Shown: in pieces, positions 43,401 through 55,400 of the stretch
Layout: every line of letters starts with the position of its first letter
Numbering within the stretch: position 1 is the first letter of the stretch
Source of the DNA: Cyanobacteriota bacterium
GTDB lineage: Bacteria > Cyanobacteriota > Cyanobacteriia > PCC-6307 > Cyanobiaceae
Direction of reading: 5' to 3'
Length of the DNA stretch: 64,000 bases
Assembly: GCA_041158125.1 (NCBI GenBank)
Contig: JBEBCC010000064.1
Coordinates: 21,925 to 85,924, forward strand
Translations under genes and position numbers: made by a program
Notes under the pieces: model-generated
The model's input: the letters and a program-made list of their open reading frames with translations, nothing else
Databases searched by the model: none
Told to the model about the DNA's origin: nothing

Positions 43401-46400
43401 AGCCTGGAGATCGCCGCCGAACCGGAATCCACCCCGGCTCGGCTGCTGATCGGGGCCAACGGCGTGCGGGCCGATATCGGCTCGAGCGCCGCTGCTTTGC
43501 AAGTGCGTAACGGCAGCCTCGGCCTGTTGATCGAAAACGGTGCTTACGCGCTCTCGGCTGCCGGTGCTGTGACCCTGCAGGGCTTCAACGCAGATGTTGG
43601 CCTCAGTGGTCAGGCGCTGGTGGCGGTCAATACCCTCGGGCGGGCAGTCACAGCCACCGTATCCACCGGGATCGCCAGCCCTCTGGCCACGATCAATTTT
43701 GCGGATGGGCTGCAACGGAAGGACGTCAGCCTCAGTGGCGCCCAGCTCAGCCTGGCCGGGCTCGGCAGCCTCAAGGGTGATCTGATCGTTCGCTCCAGCA
43801 GTGAGACGGTCGCAGCCGATGGCAACACCTCGGCCGGACAACGCACCCGGCTGCATGTGGAGCTGAACCAGCTCAGCGGCAACCTGAAGCTCGGGGGCCT
43901 GACAGCCTCGATCGAGGCTGGAGACGGCAGCCTCACCCTTGAGCGCCTCCAGCCCATCAGCGGCACGCCACAACAGCACTACAGCTTCAGCGGCGCTGGT
44001 GACGTCAGCGTGTCGGGCCTGCCGGGGATCAGCCTCAGCGCCGAGCGGCTGGAGATCACCGTCAACCGTGCAACAGGCCCGCAGCAGACCAGCCTGCGGG
44101 GCCGCATGGCACTGGGCATCGGCGCGGGATTGAACATTGAGGGCGATCTGTCCCTCGAAAGCCTTCCCGATCAGACAGTCCGTCTCAGTGACGGCACCAA
44201 TGTGGCCGTGGATCAACTGGTGGTCGCGCTTGCAGATGGCAAAGCCCGCCTGGGAACCGACGCCATGGGCCTTGAGCTCGCAGGTCTTGACCTCGGACTG
44301 ATCCTCAGCCAGCAGCGCGGCAGCAGTGCACCCCGCCGCTGGCTGGCGGCCAGTGCTGCCGTGGGTCAGGTGTCGCTGCCGGCTGGTCTGACCCTGGTGA
44401 GCGATCGCTCTGCCAGCCTCCGGTTCAACCACGAACTCACCGCCAGCGGCTCACTGCGCGGAGTCGGTGCCAGCGTGATCGATTGGAATGGCCCCTCGGG
44501 TACCACCAGCCGTGCGATCACGATCAGCCGCGGCAACGGCCTGTTCAGCCAGGCATTTCTTGATCGCGACACGCCAACGCTTGATCTGGCCCTCGATGGG
44601 GTTCTGAGCATCGGCGGCGCCAGCCTCGACGGTCGTTTCAGCCTGTCACCGCAGAGCTCCGCCACCAATCCCGCGCAGCAGGCCTGGCGTCTCCAGGCCA
44701 GTGGTGTGGCGATGCAGTTGAGCAGTGATGGCGCTGTGGTGGGTATCAGCCAGGGCAGTGGTGATCTCTGGTTTGGCCACGACCCGGCGACCGGCGCCTA
44801 TGGCCATCAGCTGCGCAGCGGCCGGATCAGCGGTGCAGCGCAGCTGACAGGGGTCACGGGGCTGGCGGCCAGCGGCCAGCTGGCGGCCAGCTTCAATGCC
44901 ACCGGTGATCTCACTCTGGCTGGAGCTCTCAGCCTGGATCTGGGCGGTGTCGCCGCGCTGAAGGGGCAGTTCGCAGTCGAGCGCCAGGCGGCTGTCACCC
45001 CTGCGGCCACTCAGATCGAGCGCGTTGCAATCCCTGCCGCAGCGGCCAGCACCAGCACCGTGGTGGAGGGAGGCCTGAGCCAGGACACGATTCTGCGCTT
45101 CCTGCTGGCGGCGTCGGATGGCAGCCGCAGCCGCGAGGGCGTCTATCAGCTGGTTCTGGGTGATCGCACTGTCAGCGTCGACACCCAGCTGGCTGGCCTG
45201 CCGCTCACGGATGCCGCTCTGGCGGCAGCTCTGCAGAGGGCCATGGAGCAGCTGCTGGGCGGCGGTCCGGTCCGCGTGAGCGGCAACCGCCGTGAAGGCT
45301 TCAGTCTGCAGCTGGGCGGCGATCTCGCCGGCCGGGCCCTGCGGATCGGCAGCGGCGCTGATGCGCTCCAGTTGGTGGCCCCGCCGGATCCACAACCTCC
45401 CGCGGCGGATGTGGTCACGATCCTCAGCCGTGCTGCGGTGGCGCGTCCCGGGGTCTACCGGCTTGAGCTGGAGGCCCTGGTGTCCAGGCCGAACACCACC
45501 AACAACATGGTGATGCTGAGCTTCGCCGGTCGCAGCGCAGCGGTCCGTTACACCGGCGACATCAACACCCAGCTGAGCTTCCTGCGGCGCAGTCTGGATG
45601 ATCTGCTCGGGTCTGGAAATTACAGCCTGAGCCGCAGTGCCGACAGCGGTCTGGTGCGTCAGGCCTACAACATCGGTCTGAACCCTGCGCTCGCCGGCGC
45701 GGGCACGCTGTCAGCCGTTGCCGGTGGCAGTGCCCGGGATCTGGCCGTCCGCTTGGCCGTGATCCAGGCCGGTGACGCTGCCACCCCCACCGTGCACCGG
45801 CTGGCGATTCCCCTTGATCTTGGCGCCTCCTCTCTGGCCAGCCTGCGCCTCAGCTTCCAGGTCGGTGGTGTGAACTACCAAGCGCCGCTGCTGCCGGTCA
45901 CGGCCTCGGCGGCGGCCCTCCGCGATGCACTCCTGTCAGCTCAGGGTGCAGGCAGCACATTCGCTGCCCATGGCGGTGATGTTGAGGTCAGGGCGGAGGG
46001 TGCGGGTCAGTTTGTTGTGCATTGGCTGGGTTCAACCCTCGGTGAGACCGTCGCGCCCCTCACGGCCGAATGGCAGCTGATCCCACCAACCACTCCGCTC
46101 CTGGAAGTCCTGCAGCTGGGCAGCCGCAGCAGCGAAAGCCAGCAGCTCACGCTGCCCCCGGGTGGCGGTCTGCTGGCCCTGCGTCTCGGCCTGGAACACA
46201 CAGCTGTGCTGGATCTCAGAGGGCTTGGCACGGATGGTCCCACCGAGGTGCAGGCGGCGGCGGCCCTTACGGAGGCGCTGGAGTCGCTGACTTCTCTTGG
46301 ACCCGGCGCCGTGCGAGTGAGCCCCGCCAGTGCTGGAGGGTTCACGATCGACTTCACCGCTGGCCTCGCCAATCGCGATCTGCCCCAGCTTGAGGCTCTT

Positions 46401-49400
46401 GCGGTGCAGACATTCGATCTGCGCCTGGCGGGTGGTGCGCTGGCTGACAGCGTCGTGCTGGAGCTGGGGCAACGCCGCAGTGCCAGCCTGTCGATCGGCG
46501 CACTCGATCAGCCGGCACTCGCCAGCGCACTGCAGCAGGCCCTGACCACTCTTCTGGGCACACGCCCCTTCAGGCTTGAGGGTGTCCCAGGCGGCAGCGG
46601 TCAGTTTCGACTGATCGATCTGGCTCCCTCCGGCAGTGCCACCCTGCCCGTGCTTGGACTCACCCTCAGCCGGCAGCCCCAGGCAACACCGGCGGTGCTG
46701 CGTCTTGGTGCATCCGGAGTCAGCGGGGTTCTGGGCAGCAGCAGCGCTGGCGTGGTCTTCGGCCAGGCGGCCCTGGGCTTGGTGATCACGCGCGCTGAAC
46801 CGACTGCCGCTGCGACGGGACCGGCATCCAGTGGCTATGCGCTGCAGGCCACAGGCCAGGCCAGCCTTCAGGGATTCGGTGATGCCATCACCCTGCAGGC
46901 TGCCGGCAGCCTGGCCATCAACACGCTCGGGCGGCCGATCGACACGCTGGTGGCGACCGGTCTTAACAGCACTCCGCAGCAGGTTCGCTTCAGCGACGGC
47001 CAGGAGCGGCTGGAGCTGAGCCTCAGTGCCGCGCAGCTGGGTCTGGCCGGTCTCGGCCAGCTCAGTGGCGCCCTGAGCATCAGCGCCAACACAGGTCGTG
47101 AGTACGGCAGCACCCTCACCACGGTGACCATCGGTGCCGCTGATCTGAGCGGCAGTGTGCGCCTGGCCGGGCTGAGCGCGAGCCTCCTTGGCGGCCGTGG
47201 TGCGCTGATTCTCCAACGCAGCAGCGCTGGCAGCCAGCGCCATGTGCTGCAGCTGGAGGGTGACGTCAACCTGGAGGCGGGTCAGGGGCTGACGGTCAGC
47301 GCCGAGCGGCTGCGGCTGCAAGCCAACCGCTGGGGCAGTGCTGTGCAGACCTCCGTGGCCACGGGGCTCGGTCGGTTCAATCTCGATGTGCCAGAGGGCG
47401 ACACCCGCATCCAAGGCGAGATGGCCGTCGAGCTCGGCGGCATCCTCCAGGCCGAAGGTGCGTTGTTCCTTGAGGCCCTGCCAGAACGCAGCCTGAGCCT
47501 CAGTGATGGCAGCACCGTCAGGGCCAGCACGCTGCTGATCGGCGGACGCGATGGCCAGATCCGGATCGGTGCTGATGGTTCTGCCCTGCAGGCCCGCCTC
47601 AATGACAGTGATCTGGCTCTGTTGCTGGCCACGGAGTCCAGGTCAGCCAGCGGCGCTGCTCCCCGTCGCTGGCTTGCCGGCACCGCGACCCTCGGCTCGG
47701 CCTTGGTGGCCGGCAGCCAGCTGCGGGAGTTCAGCGATCTGCAGCTGGAACTCAACCGGCCCCTGAGTCCTGATGGAGCAGTGGTGGTGTGGGGATTGGA
47801 TCCCCTCGCGATCGAGGTCGGCAACCCGCAACCGCTCTACCTCGATGCCAGCGAGCCCTTGCTGCGCCTGCAGGGTCGCGGCCGGATCGATCTCGGCCCG
47901 ATCGATCTGGCCGGTCGGTTGAGCATCAGCCAACAAGGGGATGCAACGCAGCCATGGCAGATCAGCGGACGGGATCTCAACCTCGGCCTGAGCGTCGGTG
48001 TGGCGCGGCTTGGGCTGAGCGATGCCGAGGGCAGTGTCGAGCTGCGCGCTGATGGCAGCCGCAGCGGCAGCATCACCGGCGACGTCAGCCTGTCGGGGCT
48101 GACGGGGGTTGGTCTGAGCGGCCGGCTCAGTGCTGGCTTCAGCGGTGGCGAGGCCTTCCGCTTGAGCGGTGATGCCGAACTGACCCTGGCTGATCTCGCC
48201 CGCCTGCAGGCCACGGTACAGATTGAACGGGCCCTGGTGGATGGCATCCCGGAGCTGCGCCTGGCAGCAACCGAGGTCACGGCGCAGCTTGGTACGGCCA
48301 GCGGTGGTGCCAGCCTCCAGGATGGCCAGCTGGCCCTGGTGAGCAATGCCTCTTCGCCAGGGGGGTACGCCCTTGTCGGCAGCAGTCCTGTGGTGATCAC
48401 CACGCCACTCGGCTTTGGCTTCAGCGGCAGCATCAGCCTGGAGGCCAACACCCTGGGCCGGGCGATTGACCGAACCTTGACGGTCGGCGCTGGCCCTGCC
48501 GCGACTGATCTGCAGCTGCGGTATGGGGCCGATGCCCTGCCACCACGGCTGCGGGCCGATGCTCTTGATGTGCTGCTCAGCGGCAACCTGGCTGATCTGA
48601 TGCAGGAGGCGGCTGCATCGATCAGTGACCTGAAGGTTGATGTTTCCCCCCAGCGCGATGACAACGGCAACAACAGCAACAGCCATCCGCTGGCCACTGC
48701 CCTGCCGCTGATCAATCGCTCGATCAGTGAGATCACCGGCCTCGATGCCTTGCTTGGCATCGGCGATTACGTCAGCCGCTATCTGGGCCGTTCGCCCGCC
48801 AATAGCTCGCTGCCAGCTCCCCCCAGCGGCGCACCGACGCTGCGCGGTCTGCTCACCTATCTGCAGCAGCACTGGTTGCCCAGCGTGCCAGGGGTTGACC
48901 CCGATGCGTTACAGCTGGTGGTGGGTGCTGATGGCGTGACGCTGGCCTTCCGCGACACCCTGGAGCTCAGCACTGCGGCACGCCTCGACCTGGCGCAGCA
49001 GCTGCAGACGATCGGCCTCAGCCTGGACGGGGAGCTCAACCTGCATCTGGCCACCCAGCTGGATGTGGGCTTTGACCTGGTGCTGGACTGGGCGAAGGCA
49101 GATGTCGCCTTCACGATCACCGAGTTGGCCTTCCGCACGCAGGCCTCGGCGGATGCGATTCAGCTCGGTGCTGCCCTGGGTCCTCTGGCCGTCAAGCTCG
49201 GCGAGGCGGGACGCGAATTGGGCCGGCTGACGTTGGACCTGGGCGGTCGGGTCGTGGTCGAGGACGGCGCTGATCTGCGTCTGCAGCTCACCCATGACAG
49301 CCTGACTGGTTCCCTGCCGGTGCTGACCAGCCTGGGCAGTCTTGATCTGGGGCTCGGTAGCCAGACCCCACGCATTCGGCTTGAGGGTTCCCCGTTCGGT

Positions 49401-52400
49401 GGTGGCACGCTGCAGTTGCGAACGGAACAGTTCGAGCAGCTGACCGATTTCAGCGATCTGTCGTTGATCGATCTGATTCTGATGTTCCCGCAGCTGGTCG
49501 ATGCCATGGAATCGATCGCTGAGACGGATGGTCTGAGCGACAGCCTTCCCTTCATCGAGAAAGGACTCGATCAGGTGCTGCTGTTTGCCCGCGCTTTTGA
49601 GGAAGGGGTCTACAACCGCATTGATTTCCTGCAGCCCCGTCAGGATCTGGCCACCTTCACAGGTGCCAGCACAGCATTGGCGCGGGTCGGCAGTGCCGAT
49701 GTCTCGGTGGTCCGCCTATCGGGCAGCGGTTTCCTCAGTAGCTATCAGGATCTGCAAGTCACCCTGGTGCGCCAGCTGCTGGGCACTGATGTGGAGATCG
49801 GCACCTTTGGGATTGCTCAGGTGCTCGATGGATCCACCCTCGTCGTCAAGGGTGCGCTGCCGCAGGGACTCCATGGCTTGCGGGTGATCGTGCATCCCAG
49901 GCGCGAGCAGATTCGCACCCTGCAGGAGTTTGTCGCGGCGGTGAGCCGTTCGGGTGTTCTTCCCTATGGCGCCAGCATCAGCTACGACCCCGTGGATCGC
50001 AGCTTCCTGTTGCCGGTGGCATTCAGGCAGCAGTTGAATCCTGAGGCTTTGCCGCTGTCTCTTGCCGTTGATGTGGAGGGCCTGGCGCTAGCCACCAGCG
50101 CCCAGGGCACACTGAACGCCAGCCTTGAGGGGTCCCTTGGGCTGGTGATCGACCTCGATGGCCGAACGCTGCAGGGTGGTGCGGGCACGCTGGCCCAGAA
50201 CTCCAATCTGTTCACGATCAGCGGCATTGGTGTCGACAGCGGCGTCGTCGGCTACTCGCTGGAGATCGGCGATCAGCGGTTCCGCGTGCTTGGGATCGGC
50301 ACCCCGGATGCCCAGGGTCGGGTGCGCAGCCTGCGGCTGGATCGCACGGCCAGTACCGCCTTGTCGGGCTCCTGGATCCTGCGCGAGGGCAGCCTTGATC
50401 TGGCTGTTCAGGATCTGAGCCTGCGCGGTGGTGTCGATGTCGCCGCCGACGATCTGGCCGTGTCCGTGGCACTCGGCTCCCTGGGATTGATGGCGGGTGG
50501 TGCCGGCAGCGGTTCGGCGGTGCGGGTCGGTGTGTCAGCTGACGTCAGCCTGCGGGAGCGCACCAGCCTTGATGCTGTGGACGGTGATGCCTTCCGGGTT
50601 GATCTCGATGGCGAGGCCAGTGCCCGGCTGCGGGGACTGCGGGTCAGCACGGGTCTGGGCCGCGATCTGCCGATTGCTCCCAGCGCCGAGATCAGCATCA
50701 CCCTGCTCGATCCACTCAACCCGGGTGCCACCCGGGTGATTCACCAGAACCCGCTTTACGACGTGGATCTGCAGGGGCTGGTGGCGGCCGGCAGCCTGGA
50801 GGCCAACGCCATGGCGGTGGTGCTGCCTGATCTGGGATCACCATTCAGCTTCAGCAATTTGAGCGTCAGCGATGTGATCAGTGGCGTCCGCAGCGGTCTG
50901 GAGATCGTCCGTGATTCGCTGGCCGCGCAGCCCTTCTACAGCGTCACGCTGCCGGTGATCGGCACCTCGCTGGCCGAAGCCTTTCCCTTCCTGGATTCCA
51001 TCCTGGCTGAGCTGGAAGCGGTCGCTGAAAACCCCTCCAACCTGCTCTCGCAGGTGGAAGCCGTGATTGAAACGGCACTTGGCCTCAGTGATGACAACAA
51101 CCTGCCAGCACAGAGGCAGCGCTTCAGCCTCAGCCTTAATGGCGACACGATCGATCTGCACCTTAATCTCACGGAAGTCTTCCGTCAGAACTTCGGCTTC
51201 AATCTCGATCTTGAATCCCTCTCAGAGATCGCTGGTGGCGGCATCGATGGACTGGACTTCATCTCCAGCCTCAGCGATGTGTTCAATCCGGGGGCAAGCG
51301 GCCAGGTGGCTCTGGGCTTGCGGGCTGGCTTGCAGATTGATGCTGGTGTTCGCTACAGCGGCGGTCGGGTTGAGACGTTCCTCTACGACTTCGACCCCAC
51401 CCGCCTGGTGCGTGAAGCCGTTGCTGACTTTGGCCTCGCCCCCTTTATCACTGGCAGCAGTCTGATCGCTGAGCCGGCCTATCAGGCCCTGCTCAACGGG
51501 CTGCGCTCCCAGGTCATCGCCGATCGGCGCGATGTGCTGAGGATCCAGGCCAGCATCGATGCGGTGCTGAATGCAGCCAGCGAGGCATCTGGACTCGATG
51601 CTGCTGTAGTCGCCGGCTCCCGCCGCCACACCCTGGCAGCCAACCGCATTCAGGCGGTGCTCGACCTCAGGAGCCGCCTTGAACGCGACCTTGGCATCGC
51701 CCTGGATCTGTTGGCCGGCTCAATCAGCATGGCACCGTCCCCTGCGGCACCGCTGCGCTTCAGTCAGGTGATCGTGGTGCGTCGCGAGAGCGTGGAGGTC
51801 AGCGAGGCCCGCGGCACCATGGTCAATCTCGGGCTCCAGGTGCAGGGCCAGAAGCTCAGTCTTGGGTTCAGTGCCGGACCGGCGGAGATCGGGGTCAGCA
51901 ATGGCTGGTTCGCAATCGATGCTGATGGCCTGGCCAGTACCAATGATTGGGCGAATCTGAGTCTGGTGCTGGATCAGAAGGGCGTCGCCGCTGCAGGGCC
52001 TGTCGATGATGGTCGCTTCCATCTGAGTCGCGAGACCCTCAGCAGCAATCTCAGCAGCCTGGTGAGTGGCCGGATCGGAATGGATCTGCCGATGCAGCTG
52101 GCCGTGCCTGGCTTCGCAGACCTCAACGCCGGCAGCTTCCGACTGATGCAGCAGGGCCAGGCCGGCCTTAACCAGCTGCTTGATCTGGCCGCTGGTCGCA
52201 CAGCGATGGCTGATGTGGTCAGGCTGGAGGTGCCAGACATCCGCGGTCTTATCGAGAACCAGCTGGGTGAACTCTCCTTGCTTGGCATTCTCAACAACCC
52301 AAGTCGTGTGCTTGACGGCATCGATACCGCCCTGGGTGGTATTCAGGACGGACTCGACAGTGTGCTGTCGGTGCCGATGCCACTGGTGGGTGACGCCCTG

Positions 52401-55400
52401 GCGGAGGGCAGCAGCTTCATCCGCACGATCCGCACTGGCTTCTTGGCAGATCTGCGCCGCCGGCTCAGTGCTGAGGGTGGTGCGATTCCGCTGATTCAGG
52501 AATCGCTATATGAGCTGTTGCACCAGCGACTCAACATACTTCAGGACATCAATCTGGATGGCCAGATCACTGTCGCGGATGTCCAGGCGCGCTGGTTTGA
52601 TCGCAACGGCCAGCCCCTGCGCGATGCCATCGGCAACGACATCAGCCTCTGGACCGCGCAGGCGAACCTGCCAGCCGGCGCTGATGCCATTCAGTTCAAC
52701 ATGAAGCTGGGTCAGCTGCTGACCTCCACCAATCTCGAGCTGCCCCTGGATATTGAAATCCCCGGTTTTGAACTGGATATCAATGGTGGTGTTCGATTGG
52801 AGTTGGCGTGGGCCTTCGATTTTGGTTTCGGCATCAGCCTGGCAGATGGCGTCTATCTGGCAACCCGTGCCGATGCCACGCCTGAAATTCGCTTGGAGGC
52901 ACGGGCCCTTCTCGACGGTCCCGGTCACAACCTCTTCAGCAGCAGCGGCAAGCTGCTGTTCTTCAATGCCGAGCTGGTTGAACAGGATGTGGATCCCTAT
53001 ACGGCCGGCTTCCAGCATGGTGGCTTCAGTGCCACGATCGGTCTCGATCTGTTGGGCAACGGTCGCGGCCGGCTCAAGTCGGCTGATCAGCAGCCCGGCA
53101 CGCTCAGTGGTCCCGGTGCCGCGCCGCAGTCCGCCTGGTATCGCGGCATCGTCAGTGCTGATGCAACCTTAAGGTTCGGGGCGACCCTTGGCGTCAGCGG
53201 TGTCCAGGGGGTGCCGCGCCTGCTGGCTGATCTGCAGATCGATTGGGATTACATCTACGGCCGTCCGCTAGCTTCCCCAAGCATCGGCATCGATCGACTG
53301 CGCGTCGATCTCAGCTCCACGGTCAACAACATCCTGCTGCCAGTGGCCGATCAGGTGGCCAATGCCCTGCAGCCGTTGCGGCCATTCATCGACTTCCTCT
53401 ACCAGCGCATTGATGGTCTGTCCTTCCTCTCCGCGTTGGGGGTGCAGCCGACGCCGCTGGGCCTGGTCAATGCCTACCTGCGCCTCAATGGTGAGCGGGA
53501 GTTACCCACGCAGTTCTTTGATGCGGTTCGTTTTGCGCTTGATCTACCGGGTCGGCTACGACAGATCAGCAGCGGTGGCGAGCTGCTGCTGGGTGATCTG
53601 CGCGTGTCGCCTGCCGGCCTGGTGGAAAGCCGTGGACTCGATACGACTATCACCAACCGTGTCTTGGATCTATTACGTGAGATTCAGGCCAATCCCCAGC
53701 TTTACGCCAATAGCCCGCAAGCCCGTGTCCAGCTGCTGCGCAGCCGGGGTGTTCCTGAGCAGTATCACAAATATGCACTTGATCCACAGGCTGGATTGAA
53801 TGAACTTCTCGGCTCATTCCTGCCCCAGTCGATCGCGGGTCCACTTGGCGCCATCGCCGGCGAGGTGGCGGGTGTTCTGCTCGCTGCCGCGATGGGTACA
53901 GCACAGCCCACCCGCACTGGCTTCCGCTTTCTGGAGTACATCAAGGATATTGAAAACTGGAAACAGATTTTCAGTGGTGGTAACGCCACGCTGTTCACCT
54001 ATGAGCTACCGCTGCTGCAGCTGAGCAAGCAGTTGAGCTTCCGCAAAACCATTCCGATTGGTCCTTTCCCATTCGCTCTGGGGGCCGATCTCTCCATCAG
54101 TGCCACGGCTGATTTTGCCTTCGGTTTCGACACTTATGGCCTGCGCAAAGCCTTTGAAACCGGCAATCCACTGCTGGCGATGGATGGCTTCTTTGTCTCT
54201 GACGTCACCCTGCCGAGTTTCAGCAATGGCCGTGCTGTGCCGGGCACCGGTGGCTACGACAAGCCCGAGTTCAGCTTCCGTGCCAGCGCTGGTCTGAGCG
54301 GCGGCGTGTCGCTTGGTCCGATCAGCGGTGGCGTCGGGGTTGAGGTCAACTTCTTCACGGATGTTGATTTGCAGGATATTTATACCTCGTCACTAAGTAA
54401 GACCATCTATGGTGATATCGCGGGTGTTAACTGGCAGGCCGATGGCAAGGTGCGAGGCAGTGAGTTTGCCACGATGTTTGGCTATCAAGGTGGCGGCATC
54501 AAAAACCTGTTCAATATTGATATGGGCGCCGATCTGATCGGCAAGGTATTTGTAAGGTTTGATCTTAATCTGCTCTTTGTTAAGATCAGTAAGATCCTCT
54601 GGGAGGCCAAGCTTTTTGATATTGATCTCTTCAATCTCAACTATCGCGCCCCCAAGGTTCAGCCTGAGTTAGCAACACTCGCTTCTGATGGCACGCTGAC
54701 GCTCAATGTGGGTCATCGTGCCGGCAATCGCCGCTACTTCAATACCAGTGATGGCGGTGAGGTGGTCACGCTGCACGGCAGCGGTGGCGTGGTCGCCGTT
54801 GAATTTGATGGCTGGCTTCAAACATTCTCAGGGGTGCGCCGTATCACGGGCAACCTCGGCTCTGGTAACGATGTACTTGACGCCACCCGACTGCGCGATG
54901 TGGCCGTTGAGGTGGGTGGTGGAGATGGCGATGACACCCTCAGCGCCGGGGACAGCGGCGGCACGCTCTGGGGCGATGCCGGTGACGACACGCTGCGCAT
55001 CGGACGTTTCGCGGCCGGCTCCATCGATGCTGGCGGTGTGTATCGCAACGGCGCCTTCCAGGCTGGTGCGGGCGTGGGACGTGGCTGGACCCTCGATGGT
55101 GGTGATGGCGACGATCAGCTCATCGGTGCCGGCGGTGATGACAACCTCCGCGGCGGGGGCGGAGAGGACAAGCTGCAGGGCGGCGCCGGCAACGACAACC
55201 TCGAAGGTGGCTTCGGTGTTGATCTGCTGGAGGGTCAGGCCGGTGACGACCGCCTCAGCGGTGGCGGCGGTGACGATCGCCTCAAAGGTGGCGATGGCCG
55301 GGACACCTATGCCTACGGAGACGCCGATGGGAGCGATGCGATCGACGATCGTACCGGTGATTCCGTGCTCGACCTCGCGGCAATGGCCGGTGCCGCTGAG

